Assembly (NCBI GenBank): GCA_000091205.1
Contig: AP006500.2
Direction: 5' to 3' (one strand)
Length of the DNA: 64,000 nt
Origin: Cyanidioschyzon merolae
Taxonomy: Eukaryota
The notes under the pieces were generated by a model. That model was not told the DNA's origin, ran no database searches, and saw only the letters and a program-made list of their open reading frames with translations. The translations under genes were made by a program, and so were the position numbers. This document shows positions 20,729-33,655 of this stretch, in pieces (the first letter of the stretch is position 1; every line of letters starts with the position of its first letter).

Positions 20729-23700
20729 GAATGAATGCAATCGCCCCTAAACCAGTATCAGGTTCAGAACTGGAACGCCGAACTGTTCGCTCTGTTGCTT
20801 CCTTGCAGTGCATTCCGAAATTTTGCTTGGACGTACAGACTCGACATTCGATGGGCAGCAATGGGAGCCTTTGGGCGCACACACAGTTTTAGGATTCTTC
20901 GTCGTCATTTCCGAGTGGCACCTTCGACGCTTTGCTGCTGCCATTGGTTGCACGTGACCTTTACCAAGGTGACTCGCCACGTTATTCACCAAGAATTCGT
21001 CATATAACCCGTATCACTATCCAGTTCAATCGCACAAATTTCGACACTTCTCCTTTCGAAAAGTTGGGTATGCTCCAATCAAATACTCCTGAACCTTTAG
21101 GTGTCTATCTTACAGAGCAGCTCGTGGGCGCTGCCATTCGCACCGCTGGATTGATGGGGAAAAACACCCGAACGTCTTCCTTTTGACGCCTTGTGCACAT
21201 GTACATGCTGAAAGTTCACCGAAATTCTCATATTAGATACTTGATTCGTTTCGAAGGCCAAATTATTTTTTGCGGCAAGTAACGAAGCTGCATTCGGCAG
21301 CAACATGATATCTCTCACGGGATATGCTCCCAGAGGCTCCCGTCTATTTTGTTTGCAGGTAAAAGGGTCTTGGATTCAGAACTGATTCATCGCTGTGAAT
21401 GCTTCCAGCGGAGCATGCTTTATCGCTTGGCATGGAGCAGACGTCGAGGGATCGAAATTACGCAAGCGAACCTTCACCCTGGACTCCCTTCCGTTTCCTG
21501 GTTCATCGTGGGCAACATCACATTCCGGGGATTCTATCGAATGAAATGTTGTCCGCTTGTGTTTGCAGCGAACAGAGTACTCGCTGACGGGGTCGCCCCG
21601 AAGGAGCCCATAGCTGTAGGTTACGGTAGCGAGCGCGCAATCGGGTAAGAGAGTCTGTGAAAGCCCTCTGCATCCGTCCAGGGCATCTACGGGGCGATGA
21701 GGCAACCATTACGCGCCACAGGACGGCCCTAGGAGGAGGTCATTTGGTTTGCATATGGGAAGATTCGACCTCAACCATACGTGACCGCTGCAGAGGGCGC
21801 ACAGCAGCTGGATAAAATGAAACTGAAAGTGGCACGCGAAGGGTACACTCCAACTACCGCCTGTGCATGAAATGCGGCACTAGGAGCCGGAAGCTGCGAA
21901 ACTGAGACTTGAAGGCGCCAATCAGCCTCCTTTGACTGTTGAGAACAGGGCTGGGGCGAACGGAGAGACCGGCGTATTGAAAGCGGGAGATACGAGAGAG
22001 TAAATGAAGCAGTCGCTAAACAAACGCGCAAAGCTTGTTGTTGATGTCAGTGGAACGAGAACCGAACTTGAGCGTGGATGCCCCTGTTAGATGACCTCTC
22101 CTGTTTAGTTATACCGCGATGCCAAACAAAGACACGCCGAAACTTTGGTGACGAGAAATCCCGTAAGAAGACTGCGAATGTTTTGATGGAGTATTGGTAC
22201 GATGGCACATACTAATGTCTCTCGGGGACGCCATTGGATCCAAACTTTGGGGATCCTAGGCTCATCTAAGACGCCACTATCAGAGTAGGTCGTGCGGAAC
22301 GTGGTCGCGGTGCAAAGTACGAGCGCCATACGGCATGTACTCTGGGGAGCGTAGAGCGACGCGGTTCGAGCTCATGGACACGAGGGGTCTTCGAGATGAT
22401 TGTGCCATCATGTCATCTAACAAGATCCACAGTATATGCAGATTTGCGGATCATTACGCTTTCTGCTGGAATCCTGCGGCATTTCAGACCGCATACGGGT
22501 ATTCATATCCGTGAACAAGCTGCAAAGTCGATGAAAGTGGTTGCCGCAATGGGACTCCCAGCTCATAGACGCTCCTCGATCCGAGAGAAATGCCCATATA
22601 TCTCGTAGTTCGATACCCGATTGGCTGTTGGCGCAAATACGAGGTTGCTCACGTACCGTCTAGCGTTCGATCGTGCGTCCTCATGAGGATTTTATGCTGG
22701 GAAAGCCAGCACAAGCACCGCTCAGGCGAACCAGCCTGAGTTGGGCGCTCTATCCTCCGTCATTTTCATTTCTATTCAATTTGAGTGGATTCGCGGAGGC
22801 CTGCCAACAGACCTCTCAAGCTGCAAGCGGGCACGTTACACGTTGTGCGCCTCCACCACTGAGTCTCTCGGACACAGGCACTGTTGCGTTATTCAGGTAT
22901 GTGGGCATCGATACAAGCTTCGCAATACAGCGGCATGGACGTGCAACTGCGCCAAACGACGGCGCGGTAGCATTCCGCAAGCCCTGTTCAGCAGAGCGAC
23001 CAGCGCTAGGCTGTTCGCGCATGAGACCTGGCGCTTTCCTAAACCCCGAGACCTTCATGAACGTCATCCGTGGACAAGACGAGGTGCGCATCAATCGAAT
23101 AAATGTCGAGCCAGACGTATCCTGCGCCCGCAAAAACTGGATACACGGGCATCAATGCCTGGAAGGCTCCATGTGCGAGACTCCCGCTATTTGACGTCCG
23201 GTATCTCCGCTACCTCCGATTCTACGACGAATGCTGCGCGGTCAGTCTACAGGAAGTTTTTAACTCGGGCCCCGGATCCGATATAGACTGGACGCGAACC
23301 ATGTCAAATGCCTCGCCTGGAAAATGCCTGAGTGTCACCTTCGTCAAGTACCACGGACCGAGCGAGGCGCGTTTGCAAATGGTGAACTGGTTGCGAGTCC
23401 TTAACAGCTCCACCGATGACTAGCTAATCTGTCAACACTGGATACGCCTCAACCGCGCTCTTCGTTCCGAATTCTGATGAGCTTCGGCATACGTCAAGGC
23501 GATCAGGCAAAGCGTCTTCATCGGCTAAGGAACTGTACTCCAGAGCGGGGGCTCGCAATCGCTCGTTGCCCAACAGTCCAGCACGCGAACCTCAGAGGAT
23601 CAGCATTCCATGTAGAATTCAGAATGCTGGAGGCGGCGCGTAGATGAAGACTAGGCTAGATATAAGCACTCACATCCACAAACAGATGGAAACGTTTGCG

Positions 23701-23760
23701 CTGTGCAGAATACGATAGCATCGAACGCACAGAGAACAGTCGTGCAGTGCTCGTAGACGC

Positions 23761-25038
23761 TCAGTCTTCGATTCGTGCTTTCCGATCCATCCATTCCTCG
23801 AGCTTCTCTCTCGGACTTTGACGATTTTCTAGGACGTCGATGACGCCTAACAGAATCGGAAACTTCAACGCTCGTCTCATGGGGTTCAAGTGCGGAAACT
23901 GCCTTTCAATGAGACTCGCAACTGCCTTTGCCGTCGGCACGCCTTCAGCGACCTGACTCGAAGTCTCTAAAATATGAGCAAGGGTTTCACCCTGACCCAG
24001 GCGGTAGCCAACCGTTCTGTTCCGACTGCTCGTGCCGAAGCAGGTCATAAACGTATCGCCTACGCCACTGAGGCCGGCCACAGTCACCGGACGAGCACCA
24101 AAACTCCGCGCAAGGCGCCGCATCTCCGAGCAGCCGCGAGTCACCAGCGCAGCTGTCGCGTTCATACCGAGACCAAGTCCCTCGCAGATGCCGGCAGCAA
24201 GGGCGATAACGTTCTTCACAGCGCCACAAATTTCAACGCCAACAACGTCGCTCGAGCGAAATACTTTCAGTGCTGGTGAGCTAATAGCGGCTGCAATACT
24301 CGCACATGCAGCAGCGTCATGCGAGGCCAGGACGACGGCTGCCGGAAGATCGGCCAACATCTCATGGGCGAAAGAGGGTCCCGAGAGAAACATGCATGGC
24401 ACCGGACGCTCTTTACCGAATACGTCGTCGAAAATCTCGTACATAAAGTTGCCTGTGCTAACCTCAATACCCTTGCTTGTGGACAGAATCGGTGTTCCGG
24501 GCGCCAAATTCGGGCGAACGCTCTCCACGAGAAAAGCTCTGCTCGCTTGGACCGGCACAGCATGAACACATAACCAGCAGCCTTTCAGAGCATCTTCGGG
24601 GTCCGTGGTCGCTCGAACAAGCTTTGGAAACCGGAAGCCTGGAACTAACGCAGTGTAGCGAGGGTTTGTGCGCTCCTTGTTGATCGTCTCTGCGACCTCC
24701 GCTCGACGAACAAGCAGCACAACCTGGTGACCATTGTTAGCCAAGGCAAACGCCATAGCGCTCCCAAAAGAGCCGCCGCCACAGATCGCTACGTGTCGAG
24801 CTTCCTCTTGGCTCTGCCCAGACAATCGTGCGTGCGTAGGTGGAACCTTCCGCCTCACAGACCGCCGCCCATAACTGGGGTCAGCAGAAGGGCGTCGCCA
24901 CAGCGTCACAGAAAAGGCGGTTTCCGTTCGAGCGGATCCTGCGCCCTCGAAGCCCCTAGCCAATGAGATGGCACAAGTGAACGCACTCGAAACAGACCTC
25001 GTGCTCTGTAGCCGCGGCACAGTTTGCTCAGGCTGCAT
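23761..25038 (-). CDS. NAD(P)H-dependent glycerol-3-phosphate dehydrogenase (GpsA type) with about 90-aa presequence
   Basis: VAICGGGSFGSAMAFALA, LSTSKGIE, GAVKNVIALAAGICEGLGLGMNA and GLSGVGDTFMTCF..SRNR.VG. ATG at 25036-25038. TGA stop at 23761-23763. Confidence 0.9.
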   Translation of the reverse strand: MQPEQTVPRLQSTRSVSSAFTCAISLARGFEGAGSARTETAFSVTLWRRPSADPSYGRRSVRRKVPPTHARLSGQSQEEARHVAICGGGSFGSAMAFALANNGHQVVLLVRRAEVAETINKERTNPRYTALVPGFRFPKLVRATTDPEDALKGCWLCVHAVPVQASRAFLVESVRPNLAPGTPILSTSKGIEVSTGNFMYEIFDDVFGKERPVPCMFLSGPSFAHEMLADLPAAVVLASHDAAACASIAAAISSPALKVFRSSDVVGVEICGAVKNVIALAAGICEGLGLGMNATAALVTRGCSEMRRLARSFGARPVTVAGLSGVGDTFMTCFGTSSRNRTVGYRLGQGETLAHILETSSQVAEGVPTAKAVASLIERQFPHLNPMRRALKFPILLGVIDVLENRQSPREKLEEWMDRKARIED

Positions 25039-26019
25039 GAGCTACTATCCTGCATCGGAACGAAGGACGCTCACCCGCGGTAGTGTCGCGCTTCTGATCC
25101 GCGCAGGCGCGTAAGCCGGCAGGAGTCGTTGCTGCATCGAGTTTTTTTCGATGACAGAGCGTTTCCATTGACCATGAATCCCCAATAGCGGGATGGGTAC
25201 TACGATTCATGTAATTCTCCATCATGACGCAACCTATCTCCAAGTTCCATTACCCATATTTCCTCTCAGGTATACTGGTCTTTTCCTTTGTTCTATCGTA
25301 TGCCAAGTGCCTGCAGTGAGCACCCACCGCAGCGCCTAAACCGCTTGTGCGGATGCTACACGGAGACAGAGTAGCTTTGTCATACCACTGAGGGCGTCGG
25401 CTCGAGGAATGCTACACCTGACACGGGATCAGGGCTACTTATCATTCTGGGAGTCTGGAAGCTGCGCAGGCAGGCGTACTGCCTGCGGCAGCGCAGAGCG
25501 ATATTCTTCGAGGACACCACGACCAGCGCGACGCCCAGACGCAGCATACCGCTCTGAGTCCCAGAATAAACTGCATTGCGGACGAGTTGCTCAGATCTCT
25601 CTGCATGACCAGGCTCCGAGAGGTCTATGAAGCACGAGCCTGGGAGAATCGTCCGACTCGCGGGACATTCCGCCCAGAAGGTAAACTTTCGTCAATATGG
25701 AAATCTTTGCTCCCCATGAATTTTTATCATTGACAGGGAAGGCAATTGTTATCTCGCTGCCAGTCAGTAGTGAGTCTCTGCTCTTCGTTCTATAGAGTAC
25801 AGTCGATAGGCGCACCCAGGAGATCTGCCAGGCACGAGGTACGACGTGGATATCGCCATTGAAGAGAAACGCGATCCTGATCATTAGCATGTTGTATACC
25901 GTACAAGGTGTATTTGCGTTGAAGTCGTAGCAACGTTTAGTCTTCAGTTCAGTTGTGTTCCAACCCCAAAGCAAGTATATACGAGCGATTTTTCGTGGTT
26001 TATAGCAGAAGCGTTCAAA

Positions 26020-28263
26020 GTGTGTTCTTTTTCGAAAATAAAAAAGGAAAGTTCTGGACGAAGAAGTGGAGGATCCTGGAGGCACGGTGTCGCCAGGTGG
26101 CGAAAAGAACGAAAAATAGTGCCGAGCAAAGATGAACAGGAGAAGAAGAAGAAGAAGCGAGAGCCAGACCTCAACGGCTGCAAGAAAGGCGACAGCATGA
26201 CGAGATGATAGTGAACGCCTGCCTTCTTGGATGTATCAAGGATCCGTACGAGCAGAAGATGCGAGAGACCACCAGAAGCCGTGTCGATTCCTACTCCAGG
26301 AGCGTGCGTAACACTTCTTTTTGGACTGAAGCATACGGTGAAGGAGATATACGATGACCTTACCGACACGAAAACAGTCGAGGTTCCGGAAGCGTTTTTT
26401 TTAACAAGACCCTCAGCCGCCACTTGATGCTTGGCACAGGGGGACGTCGAGGGAAAATGAGCGCATGTGCGTCCTCCATGAAAAATACCCCTACTAGGGT
26501 CTCAAAGGTACTCGTTACAGGGGTGACTCGCGTATTTTCGAATACAGGGCAAAAAAGTATCTCACGAACCTGAACAACCATATGATCATGAAGCTCGAAC
26601 GTTTCATGACACGCTCCATCGTTGCGCGCTACCCGGGCCTCTCTCGCAAAGGGATACGGGCCATCATCAATGGCGTCAGGAACGATAGTAAGAATGAACA
26701 GGAGATCGAATTCCTCGACGAGAAGACATCACACAGGAGAACGAATGAAGCTTCTGCAATCCGTACGGCAATTCAAGAGCACCGTCCGGTCTCGGAGCTG
26801 GTCAATCCAGCAGGAAATGTATCAGGTATGGAAAAAGAAAAGCAAAGATGTTATCCCCTAATCCTGCGCTATTTCGTGTGTTTGGACCGCGAACTCGATC
26901 CCAAGGCCAATATGGAGCTGGGTGTGGAACAAAATGTAGAGTCAGAGAAACGGAAGGGTATCCTAACGGGTAAGCGCTTTAGCGTTGTTGCGTTATGCAT
27001 CACCAAGTTCCATTTTGTAACAATCGACTCCAGAGTCCTCAACGGCATCATGAAGGAGGTCTGTCTGGAGTTCGATGTAAGGAAGATAGAGTTCACCAGT
27101 GAAAACCGGGAGACGTACTGGAAGAATATCTTCAATTTCAAACGTCTCAATACGTGCAAGCAAAAGGTATTCACTGGCATCATCGAAACCGATGGAGTAG
27201 CCATGTGTGTACACTCTCGGCGCTTGAAGGCAGATCGTCCAGTTCCGTCCTCGACTGCGCCCGTGGCGAAGCATGAAGAAAACAAGGAGGCTGGCCTTAC
27301 AACGCAGGAGGTACAGGAGAACGATTTTGTTGTTGGCACGGACCCTGGGAACACGAATATCGTAACCATCGCAGTACCCAAGCGTGCGGAAGATGATATC
27401 GACGGCAACTTACGTCAGAAGGACATCCGTCTTTGAAAGCTCACGACAGCTACATCTTACCGAGAATCAGGAAAACTGAATGCAAGGAAAAGAAATGAGA
27501 CGTGGAATGCAGGAGTGAAAGAGCACAAGGCAGCGATCAGCCAGGTGACGAGCCGAGGAGCGGACTTTGAAGCTTTTCGAGAGTTCATGAAAGTCCGCGC
27601 TGCTCTTGACGAGCCGCTGTCGAAAGAATCTACAAAGCCCCGGTGGGCTCGTCTGCTTAGAATCTTGTACTTTGGGAAGCAGCACGCATTTGCCAACTTC
27701 TTCAATGAGTTGAGCGCTCTCAAAGAGGACAAAATTCAGAGACTCGTGGTGGTATACGGAGCAGGGCATTGGATGACACGGAAAGGTAGCACACCAGCTC
27801 CATCGACACGAGCGTATAAGGAGTGCACACTGTGCTTCGTCATGATGTCGATAGATGGGTTCCGAACGTCGTATACATCCACCATGAGCTAGGGTGTGTA
27901 CTTGAGAGTGTCGAGATGGAAAAGTGCCAGCAGAGCACTGAGGATGTAGCAAACTACGGAGCGCTGACAGAGCACCTAACGGCATGGAGGGTGCGAGTTC
28001 GAGGTCTACTTCCGTTGGTGAGTACAACCAATGCCAAGAAACATATGAAATTCGTGAACCGAGACTTCAATGCCGCCAACAGTATAAGCAGATAGGCGGT
28101 GCTGGAGAAGAGGCCCCCAGAGTTGACCAGAGCCAACTTTCTGGGGCAACCTCTGCAGATGGCGCTGTACGAGAAGAAGCTGAAGCCAGTAGTAAATGGC
28201 CGGTCCAAAAACCCTGGGAGAATTCTGCACGCTGGCGTATATACATCAACGCTATCGGCTTGA
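26020..28263 (+). pseudogene. TnpB-like / Fanzor-type RuvC nuclease, copy 1, near full length but disabled
   Basis: Ordered motifs are [16 protein letters not shown] (Asp 27341-27343), QRLVVVYGAGHW..KG.TPAP and SIDGFRTSYT (Gly 27857-27859 where copies 2 and 3 have Glu). They are followed by KFVNRDFNAANSI (Asp 28063-28065). Lesions are TAG 26495-26497, a frame change at the T-run near 26395-26405, TGA 27437-27439, a +2 nt insertion at 27878-27879 and TAG 28093-28095. The 5' limit is uncertain. Confidence 0.75.
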
Positions 28264-28804
28264 TGTGTGTGCGTTCGTTTGCTCGTTTTGCTGGCGGGAT
28301 TGATGGCGTCGATCCCGAGTCCAGATGGAGAGCTGGCGGGAATGCTGCTGCGCTCTTTTCGCTGCAGTGCGTTGCGAGGCATTCTGTAACGAGAGGCAGG
28401 TTTCCAGGGGCAGCACAGAGCAGCAACACAGGATACGTTCAAAGGCGTGCTTGGCGTGCTTCCGAGCGGCACCTTCGGGGGTTTATTTCGGAGCTTCGCC
28501 TTCGAGCGCTCTCCATAAGCGAAATACCAACGGTTTCAGTGATGGGCGGGCAACGATGCGTACAGGTGAGAAACGCTCCAGATGCCACGACCACCGCGCG
28601 ATCGTTGCGCCAGGAAACGACATAATTTTGAGAAGAAGCATATACAGGCCCAATCCTAATGATAAGCGATTTCATGTAGTCGACGCATCGAATATATGTA
28701 GCCGCTAGGCACCGACGCATCCTCGTTGACATGCGGAGCGCAGCGTTCTCCTGTCCAATGCCCAGTCATGCCCCGTACAGGTATTCATTTCTTGACCGCA
28801 TCAT

Positions 28805-29563
28805 TCATTCCTCAGCGGACGCCGATGACGCCGGTCGAGAGCGAGGCCGAAAGCGCAGCGGTGCAGCGCTACGCTTTCGGCGACTCGAGCCCGAGGTGGC
28901 TTTCACGATGTTCGCGTCGGCGGCCGTGCAGATAAGACGCAAACGATCAGCGTAAACGTAGGCCTCGGTAGTCGCGTCTCCAGCGGAGCGTGCATGACTG
29001 GTCACAGCGGGAACAGCGCGTCCGTCCAGGCAGTCCGGCCGAGGCGGTAAATGGGAAGCAAGTCGCGGGCCCTCGAGTTTCAGGCTCCCGCTCGCGGGAA
29101 CTGCCGGTTCAACGCGTATACTGGCATCCGTGGCGCCACCTAGGTCACTGGTCCGTGGCAGTCGCTCCACAGCAGCGTAGGTTTCCGGTTTGCGCTCGAG
29201 TCGAAGCAGTGCATGTCGGACGAGAAAAGTCCACACGTTATCTCGCAAGTTGTAGTGTGCGAGGCGTCCCCTGAGCACGGAACGCTGGCGGACTTTCCGT
29301 CGTAGATAGCGAGCAACTGCTTGGTCAAACTGGGTCCACACCAAAGCAGCCTCTGACTCCTGCAAGTGTCCCGCGCTCAATAACTCGTCGAGGGTGTCCT
29401 CAAGAGTCAGGCCAATTGTTGAGGCCCGGTAGTGAGCGTAAAACACCCCCGGCTGGTTAGCGGCGGTGTTTGCATCTTGTTTCCCTCCCCGAATGCTTTC
29501 CGTTGTAGCTTGGCCCGCATCTGGCTCTGCTTTTGCAGTACGCTGCGGTGTTGCGTCGCTCAT
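28805..29563 (-). CDS. GTF2A2: transcription factor TFIIA small (gamma) subunit with an internal insertion
   Basis: YRASTIGLTLEDTLDELLSAGHL...ALVWTQFDQAVARYL...RGRLAHYNLRDNVWTFLV matches the TFIIA-gamma N-terminal helical and beta-barrel signature. ATG at 29561-29563. TGA stop at 28805-28807. Confidence 0.7.
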   Translation of the reverse strand: MSDATPQRTAKAEPDAGQATTESIRGGKQDANTAANQPGVFYAHYRASTIGLTLEDTLDELLSAGHLQESEAALVWTQFDQAVARYLRRKVRQRSVLRGRLAHYNLRDNVWTFLVRHALLRLERKPETYAAVERLPRTSDLGGATDASIRVEPAVPASGSLKLEGPRLASHLPPRPDCLDGRAVPAVTSHARSAGDATTEAYVYADRLRLICTAADANIVKATSGSSRRKRSAAPLRFRPRSRPASSASAEE

Positions 29564-30203
29564 CGCACGACCAGGATATTCCCCTACGGAGCACGCCTCG
29601 GCTGGCGGCTTAGGTACTGATCTTCACCGTACTGTACGTCCTACCTCAAGAGTTATCGCTCCTATTTTGTTTCACCTTGATCCAAGTAGGTTAGCAGTTT
29701 AAAGACTGGTTGCTGCCCAGCCGGTCCAGCAAGGCGCTCACGAGACGCAAACACGGAACGTTTCGCGCTCGCGCGGCGTTTGCAACGCCGGATACACGCG
29801 CTAGCCAGGGCGATCCATGACTACTCCCACCTCTATCACTTCTCCTACATCAATAACTACTTTCTGGGGTCCTAGAACGGAACGGAATGGTGGTCCCTTC
29901 CCTGGATGCCGATGATCATCACGCAATGGGCACTTCCACCCCAGTCTCATCGATCCAACACTATTCAAGTAAGTTATTGCGATCGTCCCGTGCCTTCGGC
30001 ACCGTCGTGAAGCTGCCGACGATCGCAGCACCACGGGACTCGGTTTATGCCGGCGATCAGGCTCCGCTGCAGTTCATGGACCGGCTGCGCTGCTGCATCA
30101 TGTGCATCGCTCAGTCTAGTTAAAAGCGTAAGCAAGCTCGACCAAAAATCGTTTGATCTCTGTGTATCCCCGATGAGGCTTTTGATGCTGGATGCGGGGT
30201 GAC

Positions 30204-30845
30204 CTATCGTCTCCCGGTCCACGAGGAAAGACTCGGCATCCTGGCACGGCATATTGGCAACGACACCGGCTCCCGTGGCGTATTGCGAGCATCGGGTGCA
30301 TTCCAGAGAACCCGGCCATCGTGCTGCCTGCACCAAGCTGCTAACACTGAAGGGCCAGCATATGATCCTCCTCTTTCCTGTACGCGATGCACAGGGCACT
30401 CTGGGTGCCCAGGCCTATATGGGGCGCTTGCCATGACGCTGGGCGTGTCGCCGCCAATGCCGCACGAAGACAAGATGCATGCACGACGTGTTCTATGCTG
30501 TGCGACTGAAGCGTCTGCCCAGGTTTCGACGAATGCGGAATCGGTGATGGCAATCAGGGAAGAGCACACAACTCCGCTTCGAATCTTGCACCGTACTATC
30601 AGCACAAGGTCAGTAGTTCCGATGGGTATGTGGGTGCGTTTCAGAGACTCTCCGAGTACCAACTCTATTACGTCGATTTGCGCTACCACTACGGGCGTCA
30701 GTTCGATGTGCGTGAGTATCATTCGATGGGTGCGCTGGCGTCGACATAATCGCGCCCGTATCCGGCGCAGCTCGTGCACGACTCCATAGCGCTTTCTTAG
30801 CGCTTTTGTGGCGATACGTTCGGGCAGCAAGGATTCACTCATCAA
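30204..30845 (-). CDS. hypothetical protein (frame uncertain; may continue in ORF 29974-30399 after a frame change)
   Basis: 213-aa ORF, but a 196-aa ORF on the opposite strand overlaps it completely. No family recognised. Confidence 0.25.
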   Translation of the reverse strand: MMSESLLPERIATKALRKRYGVVHELRRIRARLCRRQRTHRMILTHIELTPVVVAQIDVIELVLGESLKRTHIPIGTTDLVLIVRCKIRSGVVCSSLIAITDSAFVETWADASVAQHRTRRACILSSCGIGGDTPSVMASAPYRPGHPECPVHRVQERGGSYAGPSVLAAWCRQHDGRVLWNAPDARNTPREPVSLPICRARMPSLSSWTGRR

Positions 30846-31099
30846 AGCGGTGCGTTTGCCACAGACTTGGGTGAGCGTTCGGAGCTGCGAGCTCGTGCTG
30901 TCAGCGTGCTATTCCCCGATGCATCCAGTAGTATAGACGCCGTCCTCTCGAAGAAAAGCCAAAAAGCGATCAGCAACCATCCAGCAGACTTTCTCTTCAT
31001 GGAGTCTGTCTCTTTCCCGCTCATGGACGCCCCAAGTACGCAATCGACTCAGCAAATTTGCACCATCAAAAGTCGCCTCTGAAGCGCTTTTCGTGTCCT

Positions 31100-31138
31100 C
31101 ACGCACGCACGCACGCACGCACGCATGCATGCATGCGT
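31100..31138. repeat. (CACG)n(CATG)n microsatellite
   Basis: cacgcacgcacgcacgcacgcacgcatgcatgcatgc read directly. Confidence 0.9.
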
Positions 31139-31687
31139 GTGTTCCAGTGCCGCAACCGCATCGCAACGCCAGCAATGAACGCGCAGGTACAGCAATGTCC
31201 AGAATCGATCCGTGTCGCCGCTCCGTGGCCCGACTGAAGATGCCGGCGGCGAGTGCCGGCATCATCAATGCCCGACGAAGCAGCAGCAGCAGCGGCGGCG
31301 GTGGCGGCATCGATAGCGCGCCCGACAGCTGCGCACCGCTGCCGCCGAGCGCAGAATCGAAGGATTGCCGCCGCCGCCGCCGCCGCCGCCGTCAAATCCA
31401 GCGCCTACGAACCTGTAGCTACTGTTCTTATAGTTGTTTTCGGGGTATCCCTCACATACAGAACAAACTCGCAGGGTTTCGCAGGGCCCTATAGATACTG
31501 TGGTGCAGATCAACAAACCTTGCGCTTACGAACCTTGAGAACCGACGGAAATTACTACGAACGAACGCAGAGACGTACAGCGTACCACGACTTGATCAGC
31601 GACGGTACCAACCTGTATACACTCCAGCGCTCTCTTTTGAGCGTGCAAGTCGTGCACACGCAAACTTCATCGGGCACCGATCCCTAA

Positions 31688-33655
<1,968 letters not shown>

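Noticed and set aside
25878-25900. Possible terminal inverted repeat of nuclease copy 1: atcattag...tgtata near 25878-25900 vs the reverse complement of 28640-28670
   Set aside because: Only an 8-mer plus a 6-mer match, which is expected by chance in search windows of this size. The element boundaries therefore remain undefined.
27437-27439. Idea that the in-frame TGA codons in the nuclease copies and the lipase reflect TGA reassignment or selenocysteine
   Set aside because: TGA terminates well-conserved neighbouring genes at the expected C-termini (6050, 23761, 28805). The broken genes also carry TAG stops and frameshifts, so decay is the simpler explanation.
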